Shown piece after piece: positions 40,116-49,869 of a DNA stretch of 64,000 bases. Numbering within the stretch: the first letter of the stretch is position 1; the number at the start of each line of letters is the position of its first letter. The notes under the pieces were generated by a model. The model saw only the letters and a program-made list of their open reading frames with translations, did no database searches and had not been told where the DNA came from. A program made the position numbers and the translations under genes. Origin of the DNA: an uncultured virus (IMG/VR IMGVR_UViG_3300028559_000007) (Duplodnaviria; Heunggongvirae; Uroviricota; Caudoviricetes); IMG/VR virus record IMGVR_UViG_3300028559_000007; one strand, given 5' to 3'.

Positions 40116-41306
40116 ATGAAATTCTTAAAAAAATTTAATGAAAATAATTTAACAATTTATAATGAAAAAGTAAAAAAAATTTTTCCAAAAGAATTAGAAA
40201 TATACACTTCAGAAGGTAATTATAAACTTACTAAATCGGATATAACATGTGAGAATGATATTATAAGAGCATTCTATTATCAAAATACAGCTATTGATGG
40301 TAATGTAACTAAAGATGGCGAACCAGATAATTTATCACTTGATTTACATTTTGTTAAAAATGAAAATGGATTCAAAACACTTGTTGATATTAGTTACGGT
40401 GATCAAGTAAAGTCAGAGTTTTCTATTGAACAACCAAATAAAATATCTATTATTCATTATAACGGAATTGGATCAGTTGCTGATAAACATTCACAATTTG
40501 GATTTGAAGATAAATCAATAAATGATTTAGTTAATTTTTTTAATAATTTTAATTTTGGTTATAAACTTACTAAAGATGATTTCAAATTTATTGATAAATA
40601 TCCCGATAGTTTTAATTATAAAAATGAATCTATTAAATTAACTCCATTATCTAGTAATAAAAAAATACTAGTAATAAATAATAGTGGTAATAATGATAAT
40701 AGATTCTTAAATAATATTGTAAATTATTTAAGAATGAGGGGAATTGATCATATTATTATATCTGAAATAGATAAAATACCTAATTTTAAAAACATAATAG
40801 GTGCTATATCAACTGGTTCAGATTTTAGATTATCAAAATCTGATAAAGAAGCTAAATTATCATTTGAAATTTATAAAAATTTAAAAGCTCCAATTTTAGG
40901 AATATGTTATGGATTCCAATCTATGGTAAAATTTTATGGTGGAACTTTAAAAGATTCTGGAGACTTTATACATAAACATTTAAAATTAACAAAATATAAT
41001 AAAAAAAATTTTTTATTTAAAGATGTCGATCTAAGTAATACTGAATTTAGTTTTTCATTCCATGATATAATAGATAAAAATCCTAATGGATTTAATAAAA
41101 TTGCAATGTTAGATGATATGGTAGTAGGTATATCTGATGAACAAAGAAAAAGATATGGACTTTTATTTCATCCAGAAGATACTGAAATATCTTATACAGT
41201 TTTAGATAACTTTATTATGGTGTGTACCGGTGGTGTTGATGAACAAGAGAAATTAAAAATAGGTAAATTTGAAAATTTAATTAATTTTAAGAACTTCACT
41301 AATTAA
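40116..41306 (+). CDS. Unknown N-terminal domain fused to a class I glutamine amidotransferase
   Basis: PILGICYGFQ (catalytic Cys) and FHPE; starts MKFLKKFNE. Confidence 0.85.
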   Translation: MKFLKKFNENNLTIYNEKVKKIFPKELEIYTSEGNYKLTKSDITCENDIIRAFYYQNTAIDGNVTKDGEPDNLSLDLHFVKNENGFKTLVDISYGDQVKSEFSIEQPNKISIIHYNGIGSVADKHSQFGFEDKSINDLVNFFNNFNFGYKLTKDDFKFIDKYPDSFNYKNESIKLTPLSSNKKILVINNSGNNDNRFLNNIVNYLRMRGIDHIIISEIDKIPNFKNIIGAISTGSDFRLSKSDKEAKLSFEIYKNLKAPILGICYGFQSMVKFYGGTLKDSGDFIHKHLKLTKYNKKNFLFKDVDLSNTEFSFSFHDIIDKNPNGFNKIAMLDDMVVGISDEQRKRYGLLFHPEDTEISYTVLDNFIMVCTGGVDEQEKLKIGKFENLINFKNFTN

Positions 41307-41567
41307 ATGTTCTCTTAAAAAGAGAACTCTTTTCACTTTATAATCATAATTATCTATTAAGAATTTATCTAACTCAGATATAATATCTATAATTGTTATT
41401 TCACTTAACTTATAAGTAGCATATAAATTAAGTTTTCCAAAATAAAATTCAACCCATTGATAGTTATCATCTTCTTCAAATGGAACATCAGTTGTTAAAA
41501 TAACTGTAACACCATTTTTCTTAATTACTAATTCTTTAAGTATTTCAATTAGTATTTCTTTTTTCAT
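41277..41567 (-). CDS. Hypothetical protein with tag variant
   Basis: Ends REHLISEVLKIN; TATATTTG at 41571-41578. Confidence 0.65.
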   Translation of the reverse strand: MKKEILIEILKELVIKKNGVTVILTTDVPFEEDDNYQWVEFYFGKLNLYATYKLSEITIIDIISELDKFLIDNYDYKVKRVLFLREHLISEVLKIN

Positions 41568-41616
41568 ATACAAATATAAAAATATTTTTGTATCTTTATT
41601 ATATAATATATAAATT

Positions 41617-42207
41617 ATGGCAAATAGTGGAATAACACCAAGAGAAAAACAAGCCTGGGAGTTTGCTAAACAAGCTCATAAAGGACAGATAAGAAAATTT
41701 ATAAACAAACCATATTTTGATGCACATGTTCAAAAAGTTAATGGTATTGTTAAACAATACACAAATGATGAAGATCTTCTAATAGCTGCTCTATTACATG
41801 ACGTTATAGAAGATTGTTATGAAGATAAGGATATTGGATATCATGAGATAAAAGATATTTTTGGAGAAAAAGTTGCTAATCTTGTTAAGGAATTAACCTC
41901 ATTAGATGATGAGCTTAATTATGATTATGCTGGTAATAAAACAGACTATCTTATAGATAAGATGTTAAATATGACAGATAATGCACTTATTATTAAATTC
42001 GCTGATAGACTACAGAATATATCTGATGCTTTTACAGCATCAGAGAAATTTAGAGATAAATATTTTATAGAAACTAGTCAAATTATTAATGAACTAGAGA
42101 AAAATAGAAAATTTAATAGAATTCAAAATCTATTGGTAAATGAAATTAAATCTAAATTAGATAATATCAAATCAATTTTTAAATTGAAAAGATTTGATGA
42201 GATTTAA
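41617..42207 (+). CDS. HD-domain (p)ppGpp hydrolase-like protein (Mesh1/SAH)
   Basis: AH.GQ.RK...PY..H, AALLHDVIED, V.ELT, IKFADRLQN. Confidence 0.88.
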   Translation: MANSGITPREKQAWEFAKQAHKGQIRKFINKPYFDAHVQKVNGIVKQYTNDEDLLIAALLHDVIEDCYEDKDIGYHEIKDIFGEKVANLVKELTSLDDELNYDYAGNKTDYLIDKMLNMTDNALIIKFADRLQNISDAFTASEKFRDKYFIETSQIINELEKNRKFNRIQNLLVNEIKSKLDNIKSIFKLKRFDEI

Positions 42208-42377
42208 AGTGAGTCAGATTCTAAATTTGATAAAGAATCTAATTCATTTTGAATAACAGGTTTATCTACACTAGTTTTTATATCTTTAGAATCATCTTTT
42301 GATGTAAATACTAACATAAGAGAAAAAAATAAACAAAATATAAGATAAGGTAAAATTATTAAAAGTAATCTTTTCAT
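42204..42377 (-). CDS. Small protein with N-terminal signal/TM segment (not in ORF track)
   Basis: MKRLLLIILPYLIFCLFFSLMLVFTS.., 57 aa, CAATATATA upstream. Confidence 0.55.
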   Translation of the reverse strand: MKRLLLIILPYLIFCLFFSLMLVFTSKDDSKDIKTSVDKPVIQNELDSLSNLESDSL

Positions 42378-42403
42378 AAATCTATATATTGAGAAGATTA
42401 CTT

Positions 42404-42676
42404 TTACTTATTTAGAATATCGTTAAGATATATTTCTCTAAAATCTGATTCTTTTAAGAATAATGTTATTTTAGGTTCATTTTCACTTATAATAATATCC
42501 ATTAATCCATAATCACCAATATCAATATTGTAGTAATGTTGATATATCAATATCAATCCACTAGCACCAATAGTTTTTTCAATATTATTAAGGCGTAGAA
42601 ATTCATCATCAATAATAATTTTATGTTCTTTAATTACTTGATCATTCCATTTAAAAGTACTATTAAGTTCTATCAT
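42404..42676 (-). CDS. Small protein with C-terminal tag
   Basis: Ends REIYLNDILNK. Confidence 0.7.
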   Translation of the reverse strand: MIELNSTFKWNDQVIKEHKIIIDDEFLRLNNIEKTIGASGLILIYQHYYNIDIGDYGLMDIIISENEPKITLFLKESDFREIYLNDILNK

Positions 42677-43029
42677 AATCCTAATTCTTTTAGTCTAAAA
42701 TCTCTTAAATCTGAAACTCCTGGGACTTTGGCTCTTTCAGATTTACCTTTAGTTCCATCAGATTTAGTAGGTGCCCATTTACCAACTTTATCATATCCCG
42801 CTGTTCTAGAGAACAGCCTTTTTTCTTTTATAGGAATAAATCCTTTAATTGATAAAAATTGAGCATTTGTTAATTGCATTTTTTCATAAGGTAAATATTC
42901 ACCATCCACTTTGCGTGGAATTAAAATAAGTGTATATATACCATTATATTCTTGTATATAATCACCACTATTAGAATTTATCCAATAATTAGATTTAGAG
43001 AAATTTTTTATTTGTGGGTTAATATTCAT
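42673..43029 (-). CDS. Small protein with C-terminal tag
   Basis: Ends RDFRLKELGL. Confidence 0.7.
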   Translation of the reverse strand: MNINPQIKNFSKSNYWINSNSGDYIQEYNGIYTLILIPRKVDGEYLPYEKMQLTNAQFLSIKGFIPIKEKRLFSRTAGYDKVGKWAPTKSDGTKGKSERAKVPGVSDLRDFRLKELGL

Positions 43030-43047
43030 GTATTTGTTTTCTTGTAA

Positions 43048-43401
43048 TTAGCAAGCTAAAATTAGTGTATCTTCGTAAGTTGATGTTATTTCGTCAATCT
43101 TTTTATTTCTAATATGAGTAGTTAATCTTTTCAATAAATACTCATTATATTTAATTTTTTCTTTTCGAACATTTTCATTAATATTAGATTTTTTTATTAG
43201 ATTATTAATACATTCTTGAATACATTCTAAAGAAACTAAATATTTGTTACCGTATTCACGAGTATATAAACTAATCTTATTATTGTATTCAACAATTTTA
43301 CAAACTCTATCAGCATATGGATCCCACTTAAAAGAACATAATTCAGTTTCTAATTCTTCTAGAATAAGAAATGCAGTATTATTAATAATTAAATATTCCA
43401 T
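43048..43401 (-). CDS. Small protein with tag
   Basis: RNKKIDEI near the C-terminus; TATATTTG at 43406-43413. Confidence 0.7.
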   Translation of the reverse strand: MEYLIINNTAFLILEELETELCSFKWDPYADRVCKIVEYNNKISLYTREYGNKYLVSLECIQECINNLIKKSNINENVRKEKIKYNEYLLKRLTTHIRNKKIDEITSTYEDTLILAC

Positions 43402-43447
43402 TTTACAAATATAATAAAACTATCCCATTAATTGAAATATAAATTAC

Positions 43448-43780
43448 ATGGAAATTAAAGATTTAAAAATTGGATTATATTCCTTTGATATTAAAGGATT
43501 TAAAGTATCTTGTGTTTTGGTTGAGGATCAAGTATCTATTATGACCAATTTTTTCAAAATAATTGAAGAAAAAGGTTTGTCCTGGGAAGATGCTAAAAGA
43601 GAAGCATTAGGTAAATTAATTGATATCGAATATCCTGGTATTCCAGACCATGTTAAACCACATTATCAAGTTTCGTCAAGGTCAGCATATGCTTTTATAG
43701 AATTAGAAAAAAATCAAAGAATACAAGATTTAATTAAATCTATTGATAGAGATATAAACTTAGGAAAATTATTAGACTGA
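43448..43780 (+). CDS. Small protein with C-terminal tag
   Basis: Ends RDINLGKLLD. Confidence 0.7.
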   Translation: MEIKDLKIGLYSFDIKGFKVSCVLVEDQVSIMTNFFKIIEEKGLSWEDAKREALGKLIDIEYPGIPDHVKPHYQVSSRSAYAFIELEKNQRIQDLIKSIDRDINLGKLLD

Positions 43781-44929
43781 AAAATAGATTTCAATAGATT
43801 TTAACTCAATTGAATTTGGATCACTATTACTTAGTTTTTTGTTTATAACATAATGTATAGTTGAGCAATTATCTTTATCACTTATTAATAATCTCAAATC
43901 ATTAGATTTAATTCTAAAATTGTATCTATCAAATCCGAATTTTTTAGAACTTCTTTTATTTAAAAATAAAGAGTTATTACAACATTTCTTAATATTTAGT
44001 ACTAATTTATTAGATTCTGAAATAGCCACCATATTAAATCTTGAATCATCCTCAGAAGAAGAATATTGTTTATCATACAATTTACCAATCTCTTTCATTT
44101 CTTTAAATCTACCTTTATCTCCAAAATACCACAAATCATCTACATAATATTGAATAGATCCCTTTAAATTATAACCTTCACTTTTTAAGTAAGATTCTAC
44201 ACTTTTACGTATAGTCTCTAATTTAGAGTCTAAATCATCAGTAAAATATAACTTAGAATCTATAGATTTAATACTTATTGATATTTTGTCACCTTTTTTA
44301 CTAAAATACGGATTAGTTTTCACCATTAAATCATCTTCTAATTCTAAACATATATCATCAATATATTGTGTCATACTAATTGTTTCTTCAGCCTTATCTC
44401 CCTTTGCAATCATAATAATTATCGGATATTCATTTAGATTATCAGGTTTTATATTTCCACTTTTTTTAGAATATTTAAAATCTGGATAAACAACATTATC
44501 GGATATTCTTTCACCAATACAATAATCTCCTGTTTTTACTTCGTCTTTAGTTATATAGACAATAGGTCTTAGGCTTTTAGGATCTTTACTTGAACTATCA
44601 GAATGTTTATCATTAGTAACTAGATATATGTTCCAATTTCTCAAAAACATTGAAAATCCTAATTTATTCTCCGGTATATCTTTAAGTGTTATTTTCTTAA
44701 ATTCTCTTTTAATCTCTTTTAATTCCCCACCAGAAGTTGCCAAAATAGGATCAAATTCAGAATTTGTAGTTTTCTTTTTAATCTCATTCCATCTGTAATT
44801 AAATAATGGTTGTACTCCAATTAGTTTATTTAACAAAAATGCTCCTAATAGTATTGGAGAGTGAATCCACATTCTTTGATTTCTTGATAAATCTTCATTC
44901 AACTCTTTATATGATTTAATATATTTCAT
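43772..44929 (-). CDS. Protein with N-terminal MKYIKSYKELNE motif and a hydrophobic segment
   Basis: ORF; TTATATATA upstream. Confidence 0.75.
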   Translation of the reverse strand: MKYIKSYKELNEDLSRNQRMWIHSPILLGAFLLNKLIGVQPLFNYRWNEIKKKTTNSEFDPILATSGGELKEIKREFKKITLKDIPENKLGFSMFLRNWNIYLVTNDKHSDSSSKDPKSLRPIVYITKDEVKTGDYCIGERISDNVVYPDFKYSKKSGNIKPDNLNEYPIIIMIAKGDKAEETISMTQYIDDICLELEDDLMVKTNPYFSKKGDKISISIKSIDSKLYFTDDLDSKLETIRKSVESYLKSEGYNLKGSIQYYVDDLWYFGDKGRFKEMKEIGKLYDKQYSSSEDDSRFNMVAISESNKLVLNIKKCCNNSLFLNKRSSKKFGFDRYNFRIKSNDLRLLISDKDNCSTIHYVINKKLSNSDPNSIELKSIEIYFSV

Positions 44930-44982
44930 AAAAGTATATATAAAAAAATAGGATAATTAAAAAATATTCGTATATTTGTTTT

Positions 44983-45339
44983 ATGAAAGTATTAGACCTC
45001 GAAACAAAAACATATCACACCGTAGTTAGTATTGACTATGATACAAACACCATTGTTATGGAATCTCCGCAATATGGACGAACCAGAAATACTTTAGATA
45101 AGGTTAGATTGATTCATGATATATCAGAAGATATGAAAGGCAAAACCATTATTAATCCTGAATGGTTTTGGATTATACCATTTTTAGGATGGTTTATAGT
45201 ACCATATAAACTATTTACTATTGATGAATGTGTTATTCAAAGTAACTCGATTCGTGATCAATTTATAATGATGATGATAGCAATGTGGCCTGTAATAATA
45301 CTTATGGGTGTTATGCTTTTAGCTGTCTCAACAGTATAA
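44983..45339 (+). CDS. Membrane protein
   Basis: Two hydrophobic C-terminal helices; TATATTTG at 44971. Confidence 0.7.
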   Translation: MKVLDLETKTYHTVVSIDYDTNTIVMESPQYGRTRNTLDKVRLIHDISEDMKGKTIINPEWFWIIPFLGWFIVPYKLFTIDECVIQSNSIRDQFIMMMIAMWPVIILMGVMLLAVSTV

Positions 45340-45520
45340 TTATGAGAACCTCTAAAACCATAATCATACACGCTAAGAAATCTACAAAAAAAGAAATTGA
45401 GGATTATATTAAATTTCTCGAAAAAGCTCTTGCTAGTAAAAATTTCAAAGAAAATGAACCTTTAAAATATAATAAGTATAAACAGAAACTTGAACGAGAA
45501 AGATTAAAATTAAAACTCTT

Positions 45521-46303
45521 ATGAAAAAAATTTCAGAAAAAATTATAAAATGGCTCAACGATTATGCAATCTCCAATAAACAAAAAGGATTCGTAATTGG
45601 TGTTAGTGGTGGAATAGATTCTGCCGTTGTTTCTACACTCTGTGCAAATACTGGACTTCCAACAATTGTGGTATCTCTACCAATTAAAGAAAAAATAGGA
45701 CACAACCTATCTTTAGAACATATTAAAAATCTTTGTAATAAATTTAGTAATGTTAAATCTGTTGAAATCGATTTAACAAATACTTTTGAATCATTCTATA
45801 ATAGTGTATCACATGATAGTGATGTAGATAATCTATCAATGGCAAATGTTAGAGCAAGACTTAGAATGATTTCACTCTATCATATTGCACAATCTAATGG
45901 AATGTTAGTTGTAGGAACTGGTAATAAAATTGAAGATTTTGGAATTGGGTTCTATACTAAATATGGTGATGGTGGAGTTGATATATCACCAATTGCAGAT
46001 CTTATGAAAAGTGAAGTTTATGAACTTGGAAAATATTTAGGAGTTACTGAAAATATTTTAAAAGCTCGTCCTACTGATGGACTTTGGACCGATGGTCGGA
46101 CTGATGAAGATCAAATTGGAGCAACTTATGATGAACTTGAGTGGGCTATGAAATATCTTGAAACAGGAATTTTGGATTATGCAACTTGCCCAGATATTGA
46201 TAGACAAAGGGAAGTTTTAAGAATTTATACATCACGACATAATGCTAACAAACATAAGATGAATCCAATTCCAGTTTGTAATATTGAAAATGAGAGATTG
46301 TAG
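45521..46303 (+). CDS. nadE: NH3-dependent NAD+ synthetase
   Basis: GVSGGIDS, N.RARLRM, GTGN..E, YTKYGDGG.D..PI.DL.K, PT.GLW...TDE. Confidence 0.95.
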   Translation: MKKISEKIIKWLNDYAISNKQKGFVIGVSGGIDSAVVSTLCANTGLPTIVVSLPIKEKIGHNLSLEHIKNLCNKFSNVKSVEIDLTNTFESFYNSVSHDSDVDNLSMANVRARLRMISLYHIAQSNGMLVVGTGNKIEDFGIGFYTKYGDGGVDISPIADLMKSEVYELGKYLGVTENILKARPTDGLWTDGRTDEDQIGATYDELEWAMKYLETGILDYATCPDIDRQREVLRIYTSRHNANKHKMNPIPVCNIENERL

Positions 46304-46315
46304 GATGAATTAAAA

Positions 46316-46387
46316 GGTCAGATGGCTGAGTTTAGGCGCATCCTTGCAAAGGATGTTACGATATATAGCATATATCTCTGACCTCTA
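46316..46387 (+). tRNA. tRNA-Cys(GCA)-like, degenerate D and T loops, ends CTA
   Basis: Acceptor GGTCAGA/TCTGACC, U73, anticodon arm CATCC-TTGCAAA-GGATG; T loop ATAGCAT; D loop lacks GG. Confidence 0.7.
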
Positions 46388-46403
46388 AATAATAATAAAT
46401 TTT

Positions 46404-46772
46404 ATGAGTAATTTTATTCAATTAAAAAAAAGATTTTCTGGTACAATTGGTCTAACTGGTAGTGTTGGTCCCGGTGTAATTGGTTTAACTGGTAGTGTTG
46501 GATCACCGGGAATTAGCGGAGTTGATGGTTTTATTAATAATTATAAAGAATATTTATTTTTTTGTAAAAAATATTTTGGATTTTTTAAATCTGGAGATTA
46601 TATTAAAATGTCAATTCCTATAAGTAATATGAATAAAGCCGATGAATTTTATATTTATATTAAATCTAATGATGATCAGATGTCATTTACTATTCCAATA
46701 AAAACTCTAAATGAATGTTTTATATGGGGAGATAAATTACGTGATAAACATATTAATATTGTAATAGACTAA
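46404..46772 (+). CDS. Protein with a short Gly-X-Y stub and tag variant
   Basis: GTIGLTGSVGPG..; ends RDKHINIVID. Confidence 0.65.
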   Translation: MSNFIQLKKRFSGTIGLTGSVGPGVIGLTGSVGSPGISGVDGFINNYKEYLFFCKKYFGFFKSGDYIKMSIPISNMNKADEFYIYIKSNDDQMSFTIPIKTLNECFIWGDKLRDKHINIVID

Positions 46773-47090
46773 TTATCTAAATTTATTTGGAAATATACTT
46801 CTCCACTCATGTCCTTTTGGGATATCACTAGTTTTAACTCCAAATATTTTCTTTTCAGGACAAGTATCTTTACCATCCATATAAAAATTGTTATTACAAG
46901 CCCATACTTCTATATTTCTAGAGAGTGTTTGTCCTACTGAAAATGGAAATCGAATACCAGTTTCATTTTCAATATTTTTGATTCTACCATTTAGAGATAA
47001 ACTAATAGTTATAGACAATATAGGATTTCTCTTATTAGTAAAGATAATAATTCTTTCATTACGAGATTCAAAATATTTTAAATGTTTCAT
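46773..47090 (-). CDS. Protein with N-terminal MKHLKYFES motif
   Basis: ORF; TATATATA upstream. Confidence 0.75.
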   Translation of the reverse strand: MKHLKYFESRNERIIIFTNKRNPILSITISLSLNGRIKNIENETGIRFPFSVGQTLSRNIEVWACNNNFYMDGKDTCPEKKIFGVKTSDIPKGHEWRSIFPNKFR

Positions 47091-47112
47091 ATACTATATA
47101 TATAAATAAAAT

Positions 47113-47655
47113 ATGATTGATATTGAATCAAATACACTTATTATTAAAGGAGATTCTTATGAACAAGTAGTCTCTGAAGTAATGGATTTTTTTGAGCTAG
47201 AAGGAAAGAATGTATTATACATAACCGATTCTAAGATTCTAGAAAGTACAATGTTTCATTTTTTAAAATGTAATAAAGTAGGTTTTAATGGAAAAAACTA
47301 TAAAGAAGTTATAACCTCTAATTTATATAATGTTGATATTATATTAGTCACAACAACTGCTTGGTTGTTATTACCTGTAAAAGAATATATTGATACTCTA
47401 AAAATTACTGGTATTTATATACAATCTCCACAATCTAATACTCCTGATTATAAACCATCTAAAATAGAGTTTGATAATATTTATGAAATGTATACTGGTA
47501 GTGTAGAAATAAAGAATAGTAAAAACTGGTATGAATACTTAAATGCTAAGAATAGAAATAGGATTAAAGATGTCAAAAATGGATGGGATTTATCAACTTC
47601 CGAATTGAAAATAAAATATATTCGTGATAAAAAAATTGGAAATATACTAGATTAA
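47113..47655 (+). CDS. Hypothetical protein with C-terminal tag
   Basis: Ends RDKKIGNILD. Confidence 0.7.
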   Translation: MIDIESNTLIIKGDSYEQVVSEVMDFFELEGKNVLYITDSKILESTMFHFLKCNKVGFNGKNYKEVITSNLYNVDIILVTTTAWLLLPVKEYIDTLKITGIYIQSPQSNTPDYKPSKIEFDNIYEMYTGSVEIKNSKNWYEYLNAKNRNRIKDVKNGWDLSTSELKIKYIRDKKIGNILD

Positions 47656-47672
47656 CCATATATTTGTACAAT

Positions 47673-48071
47673 ATGACATTAAAAACTACTATTGAATCAC
47701 TAAGTAGAAAAGATTTGCTAAAGCTTAATAGATCTTTGAAATATGCTTGCTCTACATTGATAGGAAATTCATCAACTAAAATTAGAACTTATAAAAAAGA
47801 TTCAAAACTACATGGAGAGTTTGATTCATATACACTTACTATTAAGATTTACAGAGGTTCTATAAAAAATATAGAAAAATATGTAGAAGTATTTATTCAC
47901 GAGTGGACACATTCAGTTCAAAAAGACATAAAAACAAAATATGATAAAATGACTGAAAAATATGGATATAAAAAAAATCCATATGAAATTGAAGCTAGGA
48001 AAAATGAAAAAGTTTACAGAAGTAATATTTGGAAAGTTGCAAAAACAATAATTAAAAATGGAACTAATTGA
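47673..48071 (+). CDS. HExxH metallopeptidase-like protein
   Basis: FIHEWTHSVQ..Y..NPYEIEAR; ATG at 47673 after TATATTTG. Confidence 0.75.
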   Translation: MTLKTTIESLSRKDLLKLNRSLKYACSTLIGNSSTKIRTYKKDSKLHGEFDSYTLTIKIYRGSIKNIEKYVEVFIHEWTHSVQKDIKTKYDKMTEKYGYKKNPYEIEARKNEKVYRSNIWKVAKTIIKNGTN

Positions 48072-48576
48072 AAAATTAAGAAGTGATATTCGTGATGTTA
48101 AAATCAATATAATATTAGGAAATATCATATTAATGAAACCAAATATTAAAAGACTAAGAAAAGGTAACAACCGTTTTTTTAATCAAAAATATTGGAAAAT
48201 TCTTAAAGAATATAAAGGACAAATTATTACAGGATCTTGTTCATTATATGCTTATGGTCTTTTAGATAGGATGCCTAGTGATATTGATTTAATTGTAGAT
48301 AAGAGTAGTTTTTCTCCAAGTAAAAAATTACTTACAGATGAAAGATATGTGAAAAAGAAAGAATTTGACACTATCGGTTATTTTAGGAATCACGGATATT
48401 ATATTGATTTCTTTGATAATAATAATAATGCTAAATATATTGAAATAGATGGATTTTTGTTACATGATCCATTTGAAATTATTGATAAAAAATTAGAAAT
48501 GGGTAGAGAAGATTCAAAAGATATACACGATATTATTTATATTCTTAAAAAATTTAATCCTAACTATAAATTTTAA
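48058..48576 (+). CDS. Pol-beta superfamily nucleotidyltransferase-like protein
   Basis: TGS.SL..YG...R.PSDIDL, KD..D; tag-like RDVKINIILG near the N-terminus. Confidence 0.7.
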   Translation: MELIEKLRSDIRDVKINIILGNIILMKPNIKRLRKGNNRFFNQKYWKILKEYKGQIITGSCSLYAYGLLDRMPSDIDLIVDKSSFSPSKKLLTDERYVKKKEFDTIGYFRNHGYYIDFFDNNNNAKYIEIDGFLLHDPFEIIDKKLEMGREDSKDIHDIIYILKKFNPNYKF

Positions 48577-48577
48577 T

Positions 48578-49267
48578 ATGCCAAATTACGTAAAACAAAA
48601 TATTTCTTTTCTTGGTGAACAAGAACAGATAGAAAATCTATTTGAATTAATTAAATCTGATAAAGGTTTAATTGATTTTGAAAAAATAATACCAATGCCA
48701 GAATCATTAAAAATAACATCTGGATCTTCAACAGATTTAGGAATTTTAATTTTAAATTATCGTAAAAATGGAGATGATAAAGAATTAAGAAATAGACTTA
48801 ATTCTACCAATCTTAAAACTTTTAATAATATTGATGAACTTATTAATCATTATATTGATAGAGGAATAGCAAATTTAAATGAAGCTCAACAAGCATTAAA
48901 TAATATAGAACGTTATGGGGCTAAAGATTGGCACTCCTGGTCTTGTAATAATTGGGGAACAAAATGGAATGCAGGCAACACTTCAAGAAAAAATAATATT
49001 TTAAGTTTTGAAACTGCTTGGTCAGTTGCCGAGCCAATATTAGTCAAATTATCAAAATTATTTTCGGAATTAACTTTACATGTTGAATATGCTGATGAGG
49101 ATATTGGAAGTAATTGTGGAGAATTTGAATTATTAAATGGTGTAATTATGAATGAAAAAACATATGATGGTGTAAAGTCCTGCGAAGTATGGGGATATGA
49201 CCCCGCTGATTTTTTTATTGAAATTAGAAGAGATAGAAAAATCGATGATATTTTAAAAAGTGAATAA
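48578..49267 (+). CDS. DUF1281/YubB-like ferredoxin-fold protein with C-terminal tag
   Basis: MPN, DFEKIIPMP, NWGTKWNA, FETAWS; ends RDRKIDDILKSE. Confidence 0.75.
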   Translation: MPNYVKQNISFLGEQEQIENLFELIKSDKGLIDFEKIIPMPESLKITSGSSTDLGILILNYRKNGDDKELRNRLNSTNLKTFNNIDELINHYIDRGIANLNEAQQALNNIERYGAKDWHSWSCNNWGTKWNAGNTSRKNNILSFETAWSVAEPILVKLSKLFSELTLHVEYADEDIGSNCGEFELLNGVIMNEKTYDGVKSCEVWGYDPADFFIEIRRDRKIDDILKSE

Positions 49268-49314
49268 TAAACAAAAATTATAAAAATTATATAATTATAA
49301 AAATTAAATATATT

Positions 49315-49518
49315 ATGTCAAAAATTAATTATATAACTGAATCCCTTTGGATTGGTATAACATTAGGTGAAGCAATCGATAGAGCTAAAAGTATAGGTTA
49401 TACTCATAGAATTGTTGAAGAAAATGGAATATCTTTAATGGTTACAGCTGATGTTAAATCAAATAGAGTAAATTTAAGAATTAAAAATGATATTGTTATT
49501 GGTGTTTATACTGGTTAA
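49315..49518 (+). CDS. Small protein, I78/potato-inhibitor-like
   Basis: MVTADVKSNRVNL.I....V...G. Confidence 0.5.
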   Translation: MSKINYITESLWIGITLGEAIDRAKSIGYTHRIVEENGISLMVTADVKSNRVNLRIKNDIVIGVYTG

Positions 49519-49521
49519 ATC

Positions 49522-49869
49522 ATGATCAAGATAGTATTTTTATTTATTTTATTTTTAGCTTCACTTAGTATTCCTTATCTTTATATAAGAGAACATCTGA
49601 AATATAAAAAATTCAATAAAAAATTCAATAAATATATTGAATTTCGTGAAAATATTATGAATATAGTGGAAGAAATAGATCCAATTGTAAGAGAAGATTT
49701 TATTAAGTATGCCTTTGAATTTATTTTAGAAAGCGCTTCACATAAAGGATATAATGAATCATTTGATATTGATGAAGAAGAAAAGAAAATTTATAAAAAA
49801 TGGGGTAAATATATTCCATCTTATATTACCAATAGTAGAGAAGAAAAACTCAAAGAATTAGGTATTTAA
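49522..49869 (+). CDS. Membrane-anchored protein with C-terminal tag
   Basis: N-terminal TM; ends REEKLKELGI. Confidence 0.7.
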   Translation: MIKIVFLFILFLASLSIPYLYIREHLKYKKFNKKFNKYIEFRENIMNIVEEIDPIVREDFIKYAFEFILESASHKGYNESFDIDEEEKKIYKKWGKYIPSYITNSREEKLKELGI

